This document shows positions 9,982 to 19,416 of a stretch of 48,888 bases of DNA, piece after piece (the stretch's first letter is position 1; every line of letters begins with the position of its first letter). Under the pieces are notes generated by a model. It was not told the origin of the DNA. It saw only the letters and a list, made by a program, of their open reading frames with translations, and ran no database searches. The stretch lies in the NCBI GenBank assembly GCA_964346965.1, contig CAYFXM010000001.1, positions 1 through 48,888 on the forward strand. The letters run 5' to 3'. Origin of the DNA: an uncultured Actibacterium sp. GTDB lineage: Bacteria > Pseudomonadota > Alphaproteobacteria > Rhodobacterales > Rhodobacteraceae. The translations under genes and the position numbers were made by a program.

Positions 9982-11141
9982 TCTGGATCGGATTCTCATT
10001 GATGACCCTGACAGCGGTAATGTTTGCGGTTTGGCCGATTCTTGGAAAACGTGGATTTAAAGTCGAGACAGAGGATGGGGCGTCTGCAGTCCTGATTGAC
10101 CAGCTCGAAGAAGTTCAACGAGACTTGGACCGTGGTTTGATCTCGGCAGATGAAGCTTCGGCAGCCCAATTGGAAATCAAGCGACGAATTTTGCGTTTGT
10201 CGCGCAAAACCGATCATTCGAAGCCACGACAACAGGGGGATGGGCACACGTCCATAGCCTTAGCTGCACTGTTCATTCCGGTATTCGCCGTAGGATATTA
10301 TGCAATAAAGGGTGCCCCTGATATCCCAAGCCTTGCTTTCGCGGAACGTCAAGCCGATCAGGCGCAGGAGCAAGAGATCGGAGACCTAGCGCAAGGCCTT
10401 CTCAACCGGCTCACAAATGACCCGAACGGTGGTCCATCGGATGGCTGGATGCTGCTTGGGCAGACTTACATGCGCTTGGGAAAATATGGCGATGCAGTGC
10501 AGGCTTTTGAAATTGCGGCAAATCGAGGTGATGCCTCTTCTGCGACTTGGTCACGGTTGGGTGAAGCGCTGATCATGGAAGCGCAAGGGGTTGTCATGCC
10601 TCGTGCCAAGGCTGCGATTGACAAATCACTGGACTTGGATTCCACCAACCCGGCGGCAACTTTCTACAAAGCCCGTTCCTTGGAACAAGCAGGTGATGCA
10701 TCCGGTGCGCACGTGTTGCTTGTGTCTCGACTAAACGAAGCCGACAATTTTGCCCCCTGGATGGAGTCATTTGTCGCTGAAGCAAACCGTATTGGTGCCA
10801 AAGTTGGCATCTCACCAATACGACTTCCAAATTTTGCACCAATGGTGGGCCCAGGGCCGTCGGCAGACGACGTAGCAGCTGCCGGGGACATGACAGAGGA
10901 GGATCGTGCTGCTTTTATCCGATCAATGGTGGATCGCTTGGCGAGCAGAATGGAAGGTGCGCCAGAAGATTTGGAAGGTTGGTTGAGACTGGCAAATGCC
11001 TACTCTGTGCTTGGGGAGACTGAAAAAGCCATATCCGCCTATGAGAACGCGAGAGATTTGCTGAAAGATACCCCAGAAAATGAACCTAGACGTTTGAATG
11101 TCGAGCGCGCTCTATCGGATTTAAAGCAATTACGGCCTTGA
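9978..11141 (+). CDS. ccmI: cytochrome c biogenesis protein CcmI/CycH (TPR)
   Basis: DQLEEVQRDLDRGLIS..EIKRRIL N-terminal motif, TPR-like repeats, IRSMVDRLASR..GWLRLANAYSVLG. Confidence 0.9.
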   Translation: MIWIGFSLMTLTAVMFAVWPILGKRGFKVETEDGASAVLIDQLEEVQRDLDRGLISADEASAAQLEIKRRILRLSRKTDHSKPRQQGDGHTSIALAALFIPVFAVGYYAIKGAPDIPSLAFAERQADQAQEQEIGDLAQGLLNRLTNDPNGGPSDGWMLLGQTYMRLGKYGDAVQAFEIAANRGDASSATWSRLGEALIMEAQGVVMPRAKAAIDKSLDLDSTNPAATFYKARSLEQAGDASGAHVLLVSRLNEADNFAPWMESFVAEANRIGAKVGISPIRLPNFAPMVGPGPSADDVAAAGDMTEEDRAAFIRSMVDRLASRMEGAPEDLEGWLRLANAYSVLGETEKAISAYENARDLLKDTPENEPRRLNVERALSDLKQLRP

Positions 11142-11308
11142 GATGCCGTGGATTTCTGAATGGTTGTTGGTCGATGTCGGCTCTTGCGGCAGCAAATCCA
11201 TTGTAGGTTCACGACGCGTTGATTCTCGAAAGTGAGTTATCGAAGAATTTCCACCTCGCGGAAACCTCTTAAATTCAAAGCCGTACGAGGAACTGAAAGG
11301 ATAAGCTA

Positions 11309-11570
11309 ATGAGCGGTTCCGCTAAAGGTTCATATGATATAAACAATGCTGAACACGTTTGCGCTTTGCACCTTGATATCCGACGGATCGGCCGAGGGTT
11401 TTGCCCAATATGCGAATGCCCTTTGGTACCGGCACAATGGCCGTCATACCTGAGTGAACCTAAAGCATTTCGCAGATGTATGCGCCGGATTTGGCTCTAC
11501 TGTATTAGCTTGGGCAGGCAACAAGACCTATAGGTGGGCGGGAATGCCACTGGCTTCTTAATTTCGGGGA
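11309..11570 (+). pseudogene. decayed relic of a copA-like 5' end (heavy-metal-binding domain)
   Basis: HVCALHLDIRRIGRGFCPICECPLVP aligns without gaps to [25 protein letters not shown] of the intact ATPase at 30263; a WAGMP fragment downstream in another frame resembles WCGWP. Confidence 0.45.
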
Positions 11571-11670
11571 TGCTGACCTGATCCCAAAAAATTGTAATCG
11601 GGTCAATTCTAATTCGATCTGGCACCGCGTTCGTTTCAAAAGGTTTATCGAGACCCGTTTGCGGAACGGC

Positions 11671-13797
11671 CTATTTCGGTGCAACCGCTACAGGAGACTT
11701 GAGACGGGCCTCTTCCAGAGCCTGGAGAATGGCAGATGACGACAGGGTCTCTGACAAGACGATGCCGTCCGGAGCACCGGGACCATAGACGGCATTAAAT
11801 GGAATGCCAAATCTGTTGAATGTTTCTAGGTAACGCGAAATTGCCTCGTCGGGTCGCGTCCAGTCTGCTTGCATCCGTGTAACCTCATCGCTTCGAAGCG
11901 CAGACAGGACGGGATCACGGTCAAGCACCAACGCCTTGTTCGCTTTGCAGGTAAGGCACCAGTCAGCGGTAACATCGACGAAAACAACCTCTCCTCGAGA
12001 GACCAGTCGTGCGATCTGGGCGCGATCAAATGCAATCCAGTCATGGATATCTGGTTTCTCTTGAACAATATTGGGGTGTGGCAGCATGGCCGCTGCAATG
12101 ATTGGAAGAACCGCGAAAAGGCCCGTTCCATACCAGCGAAGTTGAGTCACCCTCTGACCGAAGGACAACACTAAGACCAAACCCGTTAACGAAGCCGCAA
12201 CAATAACGGCAACTTTCGTACCCGCAACCCCTACGAGAACCCAGAAAAGCCAAATCGCAGTGGCGGCCAGAAGCGTGGCCAGCACTAGTTTCAAACCGAT
12301 TATCCATCTGCCAGGCTTTGGTAAATAGGCAACCAAGCGAGGTGCTGCCGCGACGATCAGATAAGGCAGTGCAAGACCCAAACCCATAAATGTGAACACG
12401 ACAAGAAGATCAACTCCGCGCCCTGCCAAAGCGAATGCGATTGCGGTACCGAGGAACGGCGCAGAGCACGGCGTCGCCATGACGGCACCAAACATTCCTG
12501 TAAGAAAATCAGCGACATATTCGTGCCCCCGACCTGCGTTGGCGAGCCGCGTTTGCAAGCGTGACGGCAGAGATATTTCGAACAGCCCCAAAAGGTTGGC
12601 GGAAAACACCGACAGAACGATCAGCATCAAAGCCAGAAATACGGGACTTTGAAATTGAAGCCCCCATCCGACAACTACTCCTAAGCGCTGAAGCGCGAAG
12701 AGTATTGCGGCAAGGCTCCACATGAATACCATGACCCCTGCGGCTGCCGCAAGAAACCCCCTACGCTGTGCCAGTTGATCTCGGCCTTGCAGTTTAAGGG
12801 CGGACGATAGCTTGATTGAGAGAACCGGAAGCACGCATGGCATGACGTTCAGGATCAACCCGCCAAGGAATGCTACGAGCGCAATCCATACAATCTGGTC
12901 GATACCTGGGGCTAAAACGTCAAAACGAAACGGTGGTGCGGGCGGTATTCCAACCCGCTCGGGCGTCACGGTAAAGGCACGGCCCGAACTATCAGTTACG
13001 GTGAGAATTTGGTTCTCGGAGCGAGTGTTATCATGCGACAACACTGGAAACCGCGCCCATAGAATCCGCCCACCGTCACCCAATCGAATATCGGGCTTTC
13101 CAAGAGCTGTTCCCGCACCGAGTTCGGGGAACACGTCAGGTTCTTCAAAAGGTAGGCTTGAACGCAACGATACCGTCAATTCAGTGTAGTTTTCATCTAG
13201 ATGTACAGTGGCAGACGATAGCCGAGCGTCTTTTCCTTCGACGGGTACCCGCGCTAGGAAATTGCTGATCCTCATGGCACTGTCTCCGTCAATCCCTGTT
13301 CCCGACGGGAATGACAGATTCAGCGAAAAATCCTGAGGGACGCAGACTTCCGAACAAACAAGAAGAGAAACCTTTGCATCGAAGGTGACTGGCTGGCCGG
13401 GCTGCTCCAATTGAACTTGCAGAGGTAAGACGATCTCGTCGCTGTAGCCGAAATTCTGGATCCCGAAAGCGGTGAACCGAATTGGTGCTGGCCACAAGAC
13501 CTCAACATTCTCAATATTTTCAGACCCGCTCCAGTCGATTTGCGGTGGAAGCCCAACTTCCCCTGGCGAGCGCCAATAGGTTTTCCAACCTGCGCCAAGG
13601 ACCAGATCCAAACCTGCGATGATTGTGGAGGTGTCCTGAGCGACTGCATCCTGTACGCTGATCAACTTGGCGCTCACCGCGGGTGTCGAAACCACTTCGG
13701 AAGTCTTTGCCCAAGCCGCATCTGGGGTTTGTGCGCCGAAACCCAAGCAAACGACTGCTGCCGATATTATCGTTCGGAGCATTCGATATTTCAGCAT
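11671..13797 (-). CDS. dsbD: DsbD/ScsB-like protein-disulfide reductase
   Basis: N-domain WKTYWRSPGEVG and CSEVC; TM domain MPCVLPV and TPCSAPF; thioredoxin domain TADWCLTCKAN. Confidence 0.9.
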   Translation of the reverse strand: MLKYRMLRTIISAAVVCLGFGAQTPDAAWAKTSEVVSTPAVSAKLISVQDAVAQDTSTIIAGLDLVLGAGWKTYWRSPGEVGLPPQIDWSGSENIENVEVLWPAPIRFTAFGIQNFGYSDEIVLPLQVQLEQPGQPVTFDAKVSLLVCSEVCVPQDFSLNLSFPSGTGIDGDSAMRISNFLARVPVEGKDARLSSATVHLDENYTELTVSLRSSLPFEEPDVFPELGAGTALGKPDIRLGDGGRILWARFPVLSHDNTRSENQILTVTDSSGRAFTVTPERVGIPPAPPFRFDVLAPGIDQIVWIALVAFLGGLILNVMPCVLPVLSIKLSSALKLQGRDQLAQRRGFLAAAAGVMVFMWSLAAILFALQRLGVVVGWGLQFQSPVFLALMLIVLSVFSANLLGLFEISLPSRLQTRLANAGRGHEYVADFLTGMFGAVMATPCSAPFLGTAIAFALAGRGVDLLVVFTFMGLGLALPYLIVAAAPRLVAYLPKPGRWIIGLKLVLATLLAATAIWLFWVLVGVAGTKVAVIVAASLTGLVLVLSFGQRVTQLRWYGTGLFAVLPIIAAAMLPHPNIVQEKPDIHDWIAFDRAQIARLVSRGEVVFVDVTADWCLTCKANKALVLDRDPVLSALRSDEVTRMQADWTRPDEAISRYLETFNRFGIPFNAVYGPGAPDGIVLSETLSSSAILQALEEARLKSPVAVAPK

Positions 13798-13821
13798 ATG
13801 CCATTCCACATAACGATGACT

Positions 13822-14082
13822 TTACCGATATTCAGAGGTCATATAAGAGAAATTCTGGGCCTCTGAAATGAGATATCCTTGACGGCCGTTCTCGCACGAA
13901 ATGGCTTGTATGGTGCTGGAACCTGGCCCCTTTATTGTGCATCCATCCGGAACAGTTCGCTTGGCGACTTTCGATGAAACCGCCAAGCTGTTTTGTTCGA
14001 AACATTCAGAAAGGGACGCGGAGCAACCGCTAACTGCAAGTCCCAACAAGCCAGCCAATATGGTAGGCCAACGTCTTTTCAA
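13822..14082 (-). CDS. small Cys-containing lipoprotein
   Basis: TTG start after AGGA; MKRRW..LAVSGC lipobox; lies between the DUF2933-like gene and dsbD on the same strand. Confidence 0.5.
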   Translation of the reverse strand: MKRRWPTILAGLLGLAVSGCSASLSECFEQNSLAVSSKVAKRTVPDGCTIKGPGSSTIQAISCENGRQGYLISEAQNFSYMTSEYR

Positions 14083-14092
14083 TTCAAAGATC

Positions 14093-14389
14093 CTAACGTA
14101 GTGGGTTTTCCGCTCGCTGGTCTGTAAGTAGCGGAATCGGTTTGATCTGCTCTTCGCTTTCCGAAGATTTTTGACAGGATTTCCCCATCATCTTGTGCAT
14201 CACGAGGTGTGCTCCGACACAAAGTACGAGCGGCATGAAGGCCGCTGAATTGCTCCAAAGGCCCGCTATCGTTCCTCCGGCTAGGAAAAATCCGGCGATA
14301 GGAAGAAGCATTACGGCGCAACAGGCCATCATGCCGTATTGCATTAGTCTGGAATGGCCTGAACCCGTGTGACCTGACAATTTATTCAT
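14093..14389 (-). CDS. DUF2933-like small membrane protein
   Basis: MMACCAVM and PLVLCVGAHLVMHKMMG motifs; GAGGAA RBS. Confidence 0.7.
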   Translation of the reverse strand: MNKLSGHTGSGHSRLMQYGMMACCAVMLLPIAGFFLAGGTIAGLWSNSAAFMPLVLCVGAHLVMHKMMGKSCQKSSESEEQIKPIPLLTDQRAENPLR

Positions 14390-14420
14390 TTGTTCCTCTC
14401 AAGATATCTCTGATCGCCCC

Positions 14421-14451
14421 GTTTTGGAGGCTTCTTGCGCGGTAAGGTCAA
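14421..14451 (-). promoter_or_regulatory. MerR/CueR-type promoter for the DUF2933-lipoprotein-dsbD operon
   Basis: TTGACC, 19-bp spacer, weak -10 CAAAAC; dyad ACCTTAC-CGCGCA-AGAAGCC nearly identical to the petA operator. Confidence 0.55.
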
Positions 14452-14561
14452 GGATACATTTGGTTACAAATCTCACCGCCTTGTCAGATTGATGTTGGAC
14501 GGTTTTTCAGTAGAAAATCGTGGGAAACCGGCAGAATGAATCCAAAATCTGGAGGCTAGAA

Positions 14562-15131
14562 ATGGCCAAGTCTCGAACCAACGATATCAACCGGCGAGCT
14601 GTACTAGTCGGAGCGTCTGCATTTCTGGCAACCCCTGCATTACTCCATGCGCGGGAATCCGACGTTGTTCATGGAAATATTTCCGCTTTTTCACTACATG
14701 ATTGGCGAGACCATTTCGACCGGTTGGGCAAAGGGATTCTTCTGTCTGATACAAGCGCCAAGGTGCTTCAGCATTGGACTGCGGATGGAGAGTTGCGACT
14801 TTATCCAACCTCCGTCCCAACGACAGACGAATTGACGCGACGTGGTTATACTGAAGTAGTCGAAAAGAGAGAGAACCCCGGTTGGGCACCGACACCTTCA
14901 ATGCGGGAGCGTAATCCTGAATGGCCAGCCTACATAGAAGGGGGCGACCCTGCCAATCCATTGGGCACACGGGCGCTTTACCTTTCGTGGCAATATTATC
15001 GAATTCACGGGACTCAGGACACACGCAAGATCGGGCGCCGGTCATCGAACGGCTGCATCGGTCTGTACAATGAACAGATCGAAGAGGTTTATGCTCGGGC
15101 GCCTGTCGGAACCCAGGTAAAACTCATCTGA
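14562..15131 (+). CDS. Tat-exported L,D-transpeptidase (YkuD family)
   Basis: NRRAVL signal; NPLGTRALYL; catalytic IHGT...SSNGCIGL. Confidence 0.9.
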   Translation: MAKSRTNDINRRAVLVGASAFLATPALLHARESDVVHGNISAFSLHDWRDHFDRLGKGILLSDTSAKVLQHWTADGELRLYPTSVPTTDELTRRGYTEVVEKRENPGWAPTPSMRERNPEWPAYIEGGDPANPLGTRALYLSWQYYRIHGTQDTRKIGRRSSNGCIGLYNEQIEEVYARAPVGTQVKLI

Positions 15132-15164
15132 AAAGTCGGGGCCCGAGAGGGATGAAAGTTAAAA

Positions 15165-15623
15165 ATGAGAAAAAGTAGTATTTTAGTTGGCGGAATGCTC
15201 GTGATCGGGCTGGCAGTGGTCGGATGGAATTATTCACAACCCGCGCCGGAAACTCAGGCCCACTCCATGGTGCCCCCAGACACAACTGCAATCGCACAGG
15301 GTGCTCCGATAGTAGATGTGAAACTGCCGAGCGAATTCTCAGCCGAGGCTCAAATCGGGATGCGGGGCTTCGAAGCGTAGTGTGCAGCTTGCCACGGAGC
15401 GAACGCAGCAGGTCAAAATGGTGTTGCGCCACCGCTCGTTCACAAGATCTATGAGCCAAGCCACCACTCAGATGCGGCGTTCGTGATGGCCGCAAAGAAC
15501 GGAGTAAGGGCACATCATTGGAAATTCGGCAACATGCCACCGGTCGAAGGCCTCACACAAGCTGATGTGAAATACATTGCGCGTTATGTTCGTGAACTAC
15601 AGCGAGAAAACGGGATCAGATGA
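15165..15623 (+). pseudogene. monoheme cytochrome c interrupted by an in-frame TAG
   Basis: TAG at 15378-15380 immediately precedes TGT GCA GCT TGC CAC (CAACH); frame continues APPLVHKIYEPSHH..HHWKFGNMPP..RELQRENGIR to TGA at 15621-15623. Confidence 0.85.
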
Positions 15624-15970
15624 TGCTTTTCCCGGGGAAGAAATACCTGGATTTCTGGCTTCGCGCCTTCGCGGTTTCCTCGCTGGTTATATTCTTAGCG
15701 TTCCCAGAAGTCGTTCGAGCTCACCCCGGAATTGAAAGTGTCGCTTCAAAACACGAGAAGTCTCACGATAATACGCATGAGTCGAGCCTTGCAGAGTTTT
15801 CTCGGCATTGTCATCCTGGGTTAGATTGTTTTGTCTCTGCGATATTGGTGTGGCAACCGACCACCAAGATTATGAATACGGTAACGCGCGTCCCGTTTGT
15901 CACCCACAAACATCTGCGCGAAGGCCGGCCGACATCGTTCGAACCACCGCCTCCCCGCATAAGGTCCTGA
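15620..15970 (+). CDS. CutF/CruR(DUF2946)-like leader protein
   Basis: Signal peptide, His-rich linker, CHPGLDC, C-terminal FEPPPPRIRS; ATGA overlap with the upstream cytochrome stop. Confidence 0.7.
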   Translation: MMLFPGKKYLDFWLRAFAVSSLVIFLAFPEVVRAHPGIESVASKHEKSHDNTHESSLAEFSRHCHPGLDCFVSAILVWQPTTKIMNTVTRVPFVTHKHLREGRPTSFEPPPPRIRS

Positions 15971-16004
15971 TCTCAAACATCTAAAAGATAACCGATTGAG
16001 GACC
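15963..16004 (+). promoter_or_regulatory. stem-loop joining the leader stop codon and the downstream Shine-Dalgarno
   Basis: GGTCCTGATC (15963-15972) pairs with GATT-G-AGGACC (15994-16004), covering the GAGGA SD of ATG 16011. Confidence 0.6.
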
Positions 16005-16010
16005 AAACCG

Positions 16011-16592
16011 ATGAAATATCCCACTGTACTTGCGGCGCTGCTTGTCACATCAACTGCGCTCGCCGCTTATGCTCATGGTGGCGCAACCGGAATCGTTAAA
16101 GAACGGATGGATGCTATGAGCGCAATGGGCGAAGCCGTGAAGGCTATCACCCCGATGATGCGTGGTGAGACCGCGCTCGATCCTGACGAAGTGCGGTCAG
16201 CGGCTGTGACGATTGGTGATCATGCTGGCACCGGTCTCATTGAACTTTTTCCGGAAGGCAGCGGTGGCGCTCCTTCGGAATCCAAGGATGCCATCTGGAC
16301 CAATTGGGACGAGTTTTCTGAACTGGCTGATCGGCTCGAGACCTACGCAGACGGTTTGGCCAAGGCCGCCGAAAATGGCCTGATGCCAAGCAATCAGGCT
16401 GGTATGTCATCGACCACCATGATGGGCGGCAGCTCAATGATGGGTGCAGGAAGTGCCATGATGGGTGGCGGTAATACTTCGATGGCTATGGGTGCGAACG
16501 ATATTGCGGGTATGCCAGTGGATGCTGCCTTTGCGATGGTTAGTCAGGTTTGCTCTGCCTGCCATACGCAGTTTCGCGCGGAGTCGAAGTAG
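16011..16592 (+). CDS. cytochrome c' (class II, c556-like) with Met-rich insertion
   Basis: Signal peptide, ERMDAM, AIWTNWDEF, C-terminal CSACHTQFR; MMGGSSMMGAGSAMMGGG insert. Confidence 0.88.
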   Translation: MKYPTVLAALLVTSTALAAYAHGGATGIVKERMDAMSAMGEAVKAITPMMRGETALDPDEVRSAAVTIGDHAGTGLIELFPEGSGGAPSESKDAIWTNWDEFSELADRLETYADGLAKAAENGLMPSNQAGMSSTTMMGGSSMMGAGSAMMGGGNTSMAMGANDIAGMPVDAAFAMVSQVCSACHTQFRAESK

Positions 16593-16593
16593 G

Positions 16594-17493
16594 ATGCGGA
16601 AGACTGTTTTACTTTGCACAGGAGTAGCGTTCTTTGGCCTCGTGGGTCTTGGGACACTTGCTGCCTGGCCTATTGGGCTGGAACCCGAATCCATCGAGCT
16701 TGTCGGGGACGTTGAGCGCGGTGCCTATTTGGCGCGCGCAAGTGGTTGCATCGCGTGTCACACCAATTTTGAGGAAGGTGGTGCTCCGCTTGCGGGTGGT
16801 GTGAAACTTGATACGCCATTCGGTGCGCTCTATTCCGCAAATCTGTCCAGCGATCCCGAACACGGCATCGGGAACTGGACGATTGGGGAGTTTGCAAAAG
16901 CCGTTCGACAGGGTATCTCGCCTGATGGAGAGCCCTACTACCCGGCATTCACCTACCCGTTCTATGCAAACTTTTCCGATCAGGATATCGCAGATCTGTG
17001 GGCCGCTTTTCAAACAGTCCCGGCCGTGCCAGAACCGGCACCAGACCATCGCATGGCATTTCCGTTCAACCAACGATGGGGCCTGAAACTTTGGCGTGCC
17101 GCGTTTCTCGAACCACCTCATACGGACCCGATCGAAGGCAACGGATCTCTTTGGAATCGCGGTCGAGAACTTGTCGAAGGAGCAACGCATTGTGCGGCTT
17201 GCCACACGGGCAGAAACTTTCTTGGTGCTCGTAACTCTGACGACGAACATTTTGCAGGGAACCCGACTCTACCCGGAGGTAACAAAGCACCAGCAATTGA
17301 TCATGAAACGCTCCAGTCTCGTGGTTGGACGGTTGAAGCGCTCGCATTTGCGCTGAAAACCGGCGTCACACCCAACGGGGACGCGTTTGGCGGTTCTATG
17401 GGTGAAGTGGTGCTTCAGGGGACGCAATTCCTAACGGAAGAGGATCGCCGCGCCATCGCTACCTACCTGATGGATGATCATACCGGCGGTTGA
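16594..17493 (+). CDS. membrane-anchored diheme cytochrome c
   Basis: RGAYLARASGCIACHT and HCAACHT; YYPAFTY; GGSMGEVV; resembles dehydrogenase cytochrome subunits. Confidence 0.9.
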   Translation: MRKTVLLCTGVAFFGLVGLGTLAAWPIGLEPESIELVGDVERGAYLARASGCIACHTNFEEGGAPLAGGVKLDTPFGALYSANLSSDPEHGIGNWTIGEFAKAVRQGISPDGEPYYPAFTYPFYANFSDQDIADLWAAFQTVPAVPEPAPDHRMAFPFNQRWGLKLWRAAFLEPPHTDPIEGNGSLWNRGRELVEGATHCAACHTGRNFLGARNSDDEHFAGNPTLPGGNKAPAIDHETLQSRGWTVEALAFALKTGVTPNGDAFGGSMGEVVLQGTQFLTEEDRRAIATYLMDDHTGG

Positions 17494-17541
17494 TTGGATT
17501 GCGGGCGGTTTCATACCGCCCGCAAATATGAAGAGAAAGAT

Positions 17542-18936
17542 ATGAAACAAACACGACGAGAAATTCTACAAGCGGGTAGCGCGGCGGGTTTGTTGGGGGC
17601 ACTACCGATAGCAGGATTCGCAGGATCGGGTGCGCCAACAGAGATGAGGGCGCAGCAAAGCAGCGTGCAGTTGGCACCGGCGCAATTTCCGCAAACCAAT
17701 ATCTGGGGATATGACGGTCAAATGCCCGGGCCAGTGATTAGGGTGAAGCAGAGCGGGCAGGTTGAGAGACGTTTTGTAAACGACTTACCGCAAGCGAGTT
17801 CGATCCACTGGCATGGGGTTCGAATTGATAATGCGATGGACGGCGTCACAGGTCTTACGCAGGAGGCCGTAGAGCCGGGGGAAAGTTTCGACTACAATTT
17901 CAGTGTACCCGATGCTGGAACGTACTGGTTCCATGCTCACAACCGTTCTGTCGAACAAGTTGCAAGAGGATTGTACGGTGCGTTGGTTGTCGAAGAGCAC
18001 GTTGCACCAGAGGTCGATCGCGACGAAGTACTCATTCTAGATGACTGGCTTCTAAATCCTGAAACGGCTCAGATCGACCTTGAGTTCGAGGCACCCCATG
18101 ATCGCAGTCATGCAGGTCGACGAGGCAATTTCATCGCGACCAATGGAAGAGCCGATTACCAACAATCGGTCAAACGTCATGAGCGACTTCGTCTCCGCCT
18201 TATCAACGCCGCCAATGCGCGGATTTTTGAATTGGCTCTCTCTGGGATGGAGGGTTGGGCAATGTCGTATGACGGCATGCCGCTGGAGTTCCCCGAAAAA
18301 GTAGACCGTAACTTTTTGCTTTCACCAGGACAGCGCGTGGATCTCATTGTTGATATCATTGCAGAACCCGGTGAAACAGCTCACCTCGTTCGTATTGACG
18401 ACCAGAGAGGCATTTCTCAGGCACCCTTTAAGGTCGATGGTGAAGCAACAGCAACCAGGCGTCCCTCGCCAGCTCCTCTGCCACCCAACCCCAATATGGA
18501 GATAGGTGGCGTCGATACTGCAAAACGGCTTCGCCTGAACATGGAAGGCGGTGCGATGGGACAACTCAATACCGCCATTCTGGAGGGTGAACAAAAATCT
18601 TTCCGACAACTCGTTCAGGCCAACCAGTTTTGGGCGTTCAACGGAACGGTTGGCATGACGGAGTATCCATTTGCACAGATGACACGTGGTGAAACCGCTA
18701 GGTTGGAAATCTACAATGACACCTCGTTCCCGCACGCGATGCACCTTCACGGGATGCATTTCAGAGAAATTTTCAAAGATGGTTCACTAGGCCCGCTACG
18801 AGACACTTTCTTGATGTTTGGCGGTGAGACACGAGAAATCGCGTTTGTAGCACACAATCCAGGAAAGTGGCTTTTCCACTGCCATATGCTTTCACACGCG
18901 GCCTCAGGTATGATGACGTGGGTTGAAGTATCATGA
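17542..18936 (+). CDS. Tat-exported multicopper oxidase (CutO-like)
   Basis: TRREIL signal; IHWHG, YWFHAH, HAMHLHG, WLFHCHMLSHAASGM. Confidence 0.95.
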   Translation: MKQTRREILQAGSAAGLLGALPIAGFAGSGAPTEMRAQQSSVQLAPAQFPQTNIWGYDGQMPGPVIRVKQSGQVERRFVNDLPQASSIHWHGVRIDNAMDGVTGLTQEAVEPGESFDYNFSVPDAGTYWFHAHNRSVEQVARGLYGALVVEEHVAPEVDRDEVLILDDWLLNPETAQIDLEFEAPHDRSHAGRRGNFIATNGRADYQQSVKRHERLRLRLINAANARIFELALSGMEGWAMSYDGMPLEFPEKVDRNFLLSPGQRVDLIVDIIAEPGETAHLVRIDDQRGISQAPFKVDGEATATRRPSPAPLPPNPNMEIGGVDTAKRLRLNMEGGAMGQLNTAILEGEQKSFRQLVQANQFWAFNGTVGMTEYPFAQMTRGETARLEIYNDTSFPHAMHLHGMHFREIFKDGSLGPLRDTFLMFGGETREIAFVAHNPGKWLFHCHMLSHAASGMMTWVEVS

Positions 18937-19415
18937 AAAAAACAGCCATCTTGTTAAGTACATCGATTCTAACCCTCATGGGGGCAACAAGTTGGGTTGT
19001 GTCGCAGGATACCGGTTCCCTTGCCGTAAAGGCACCTGCCGATGCAGACATTGGAGTAGGCAAAGCGCTCTACGGCGAGTTTTGCGCGTCTTGTCATGGC
19101 GAAAACCTTGAAGGTCAGCCCAACTGGCGATCTCCAGGGGAAGACGGACGCCTACCCGCCCCACCGCACGACAAGACAGGACACACCTGGCATCACCCTG
19201 ACAGTATGCTCTTCACCTACACGAAATCGGGTGGGAAGGCGGCATTGGCCAGCCAGGGAGTTGAGTTTGACAGTGGGATGCCGGGCTTTTCTGAAGAACT
19301 GAGCGACGACGAAATTTGGAATGTCCTTGCGTATATTCAATCGACCTGGCCGGAACGCCATCGCCAAATTCAGTCGGAGCGCACAAGGTTCGACAATCAA
19401 AGGGAAGGTAACTGA
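18933..19415 (+). CDS. monoheme cytochrome c
   Basis: Signal peptide; CASCHGENLEG; APPHDKTGHTWHH; SGMPGF. Confidence 0.9.
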   Translation: MKKTAILLSTSILTLMGATSWVVSQDTGSLAVKAPADADIGVGKALYGEFCASCHGENLEGQPNWRSPGEDGRLPAPPHDKTGHTWHHPDSMLFTYTKSGGKAALASQGVEFDSGMPGFSEELSDDEIWNVLAYIQSTWPERHRQIQSERTRFDNQREGN

Positions 19416-19416
19416 G

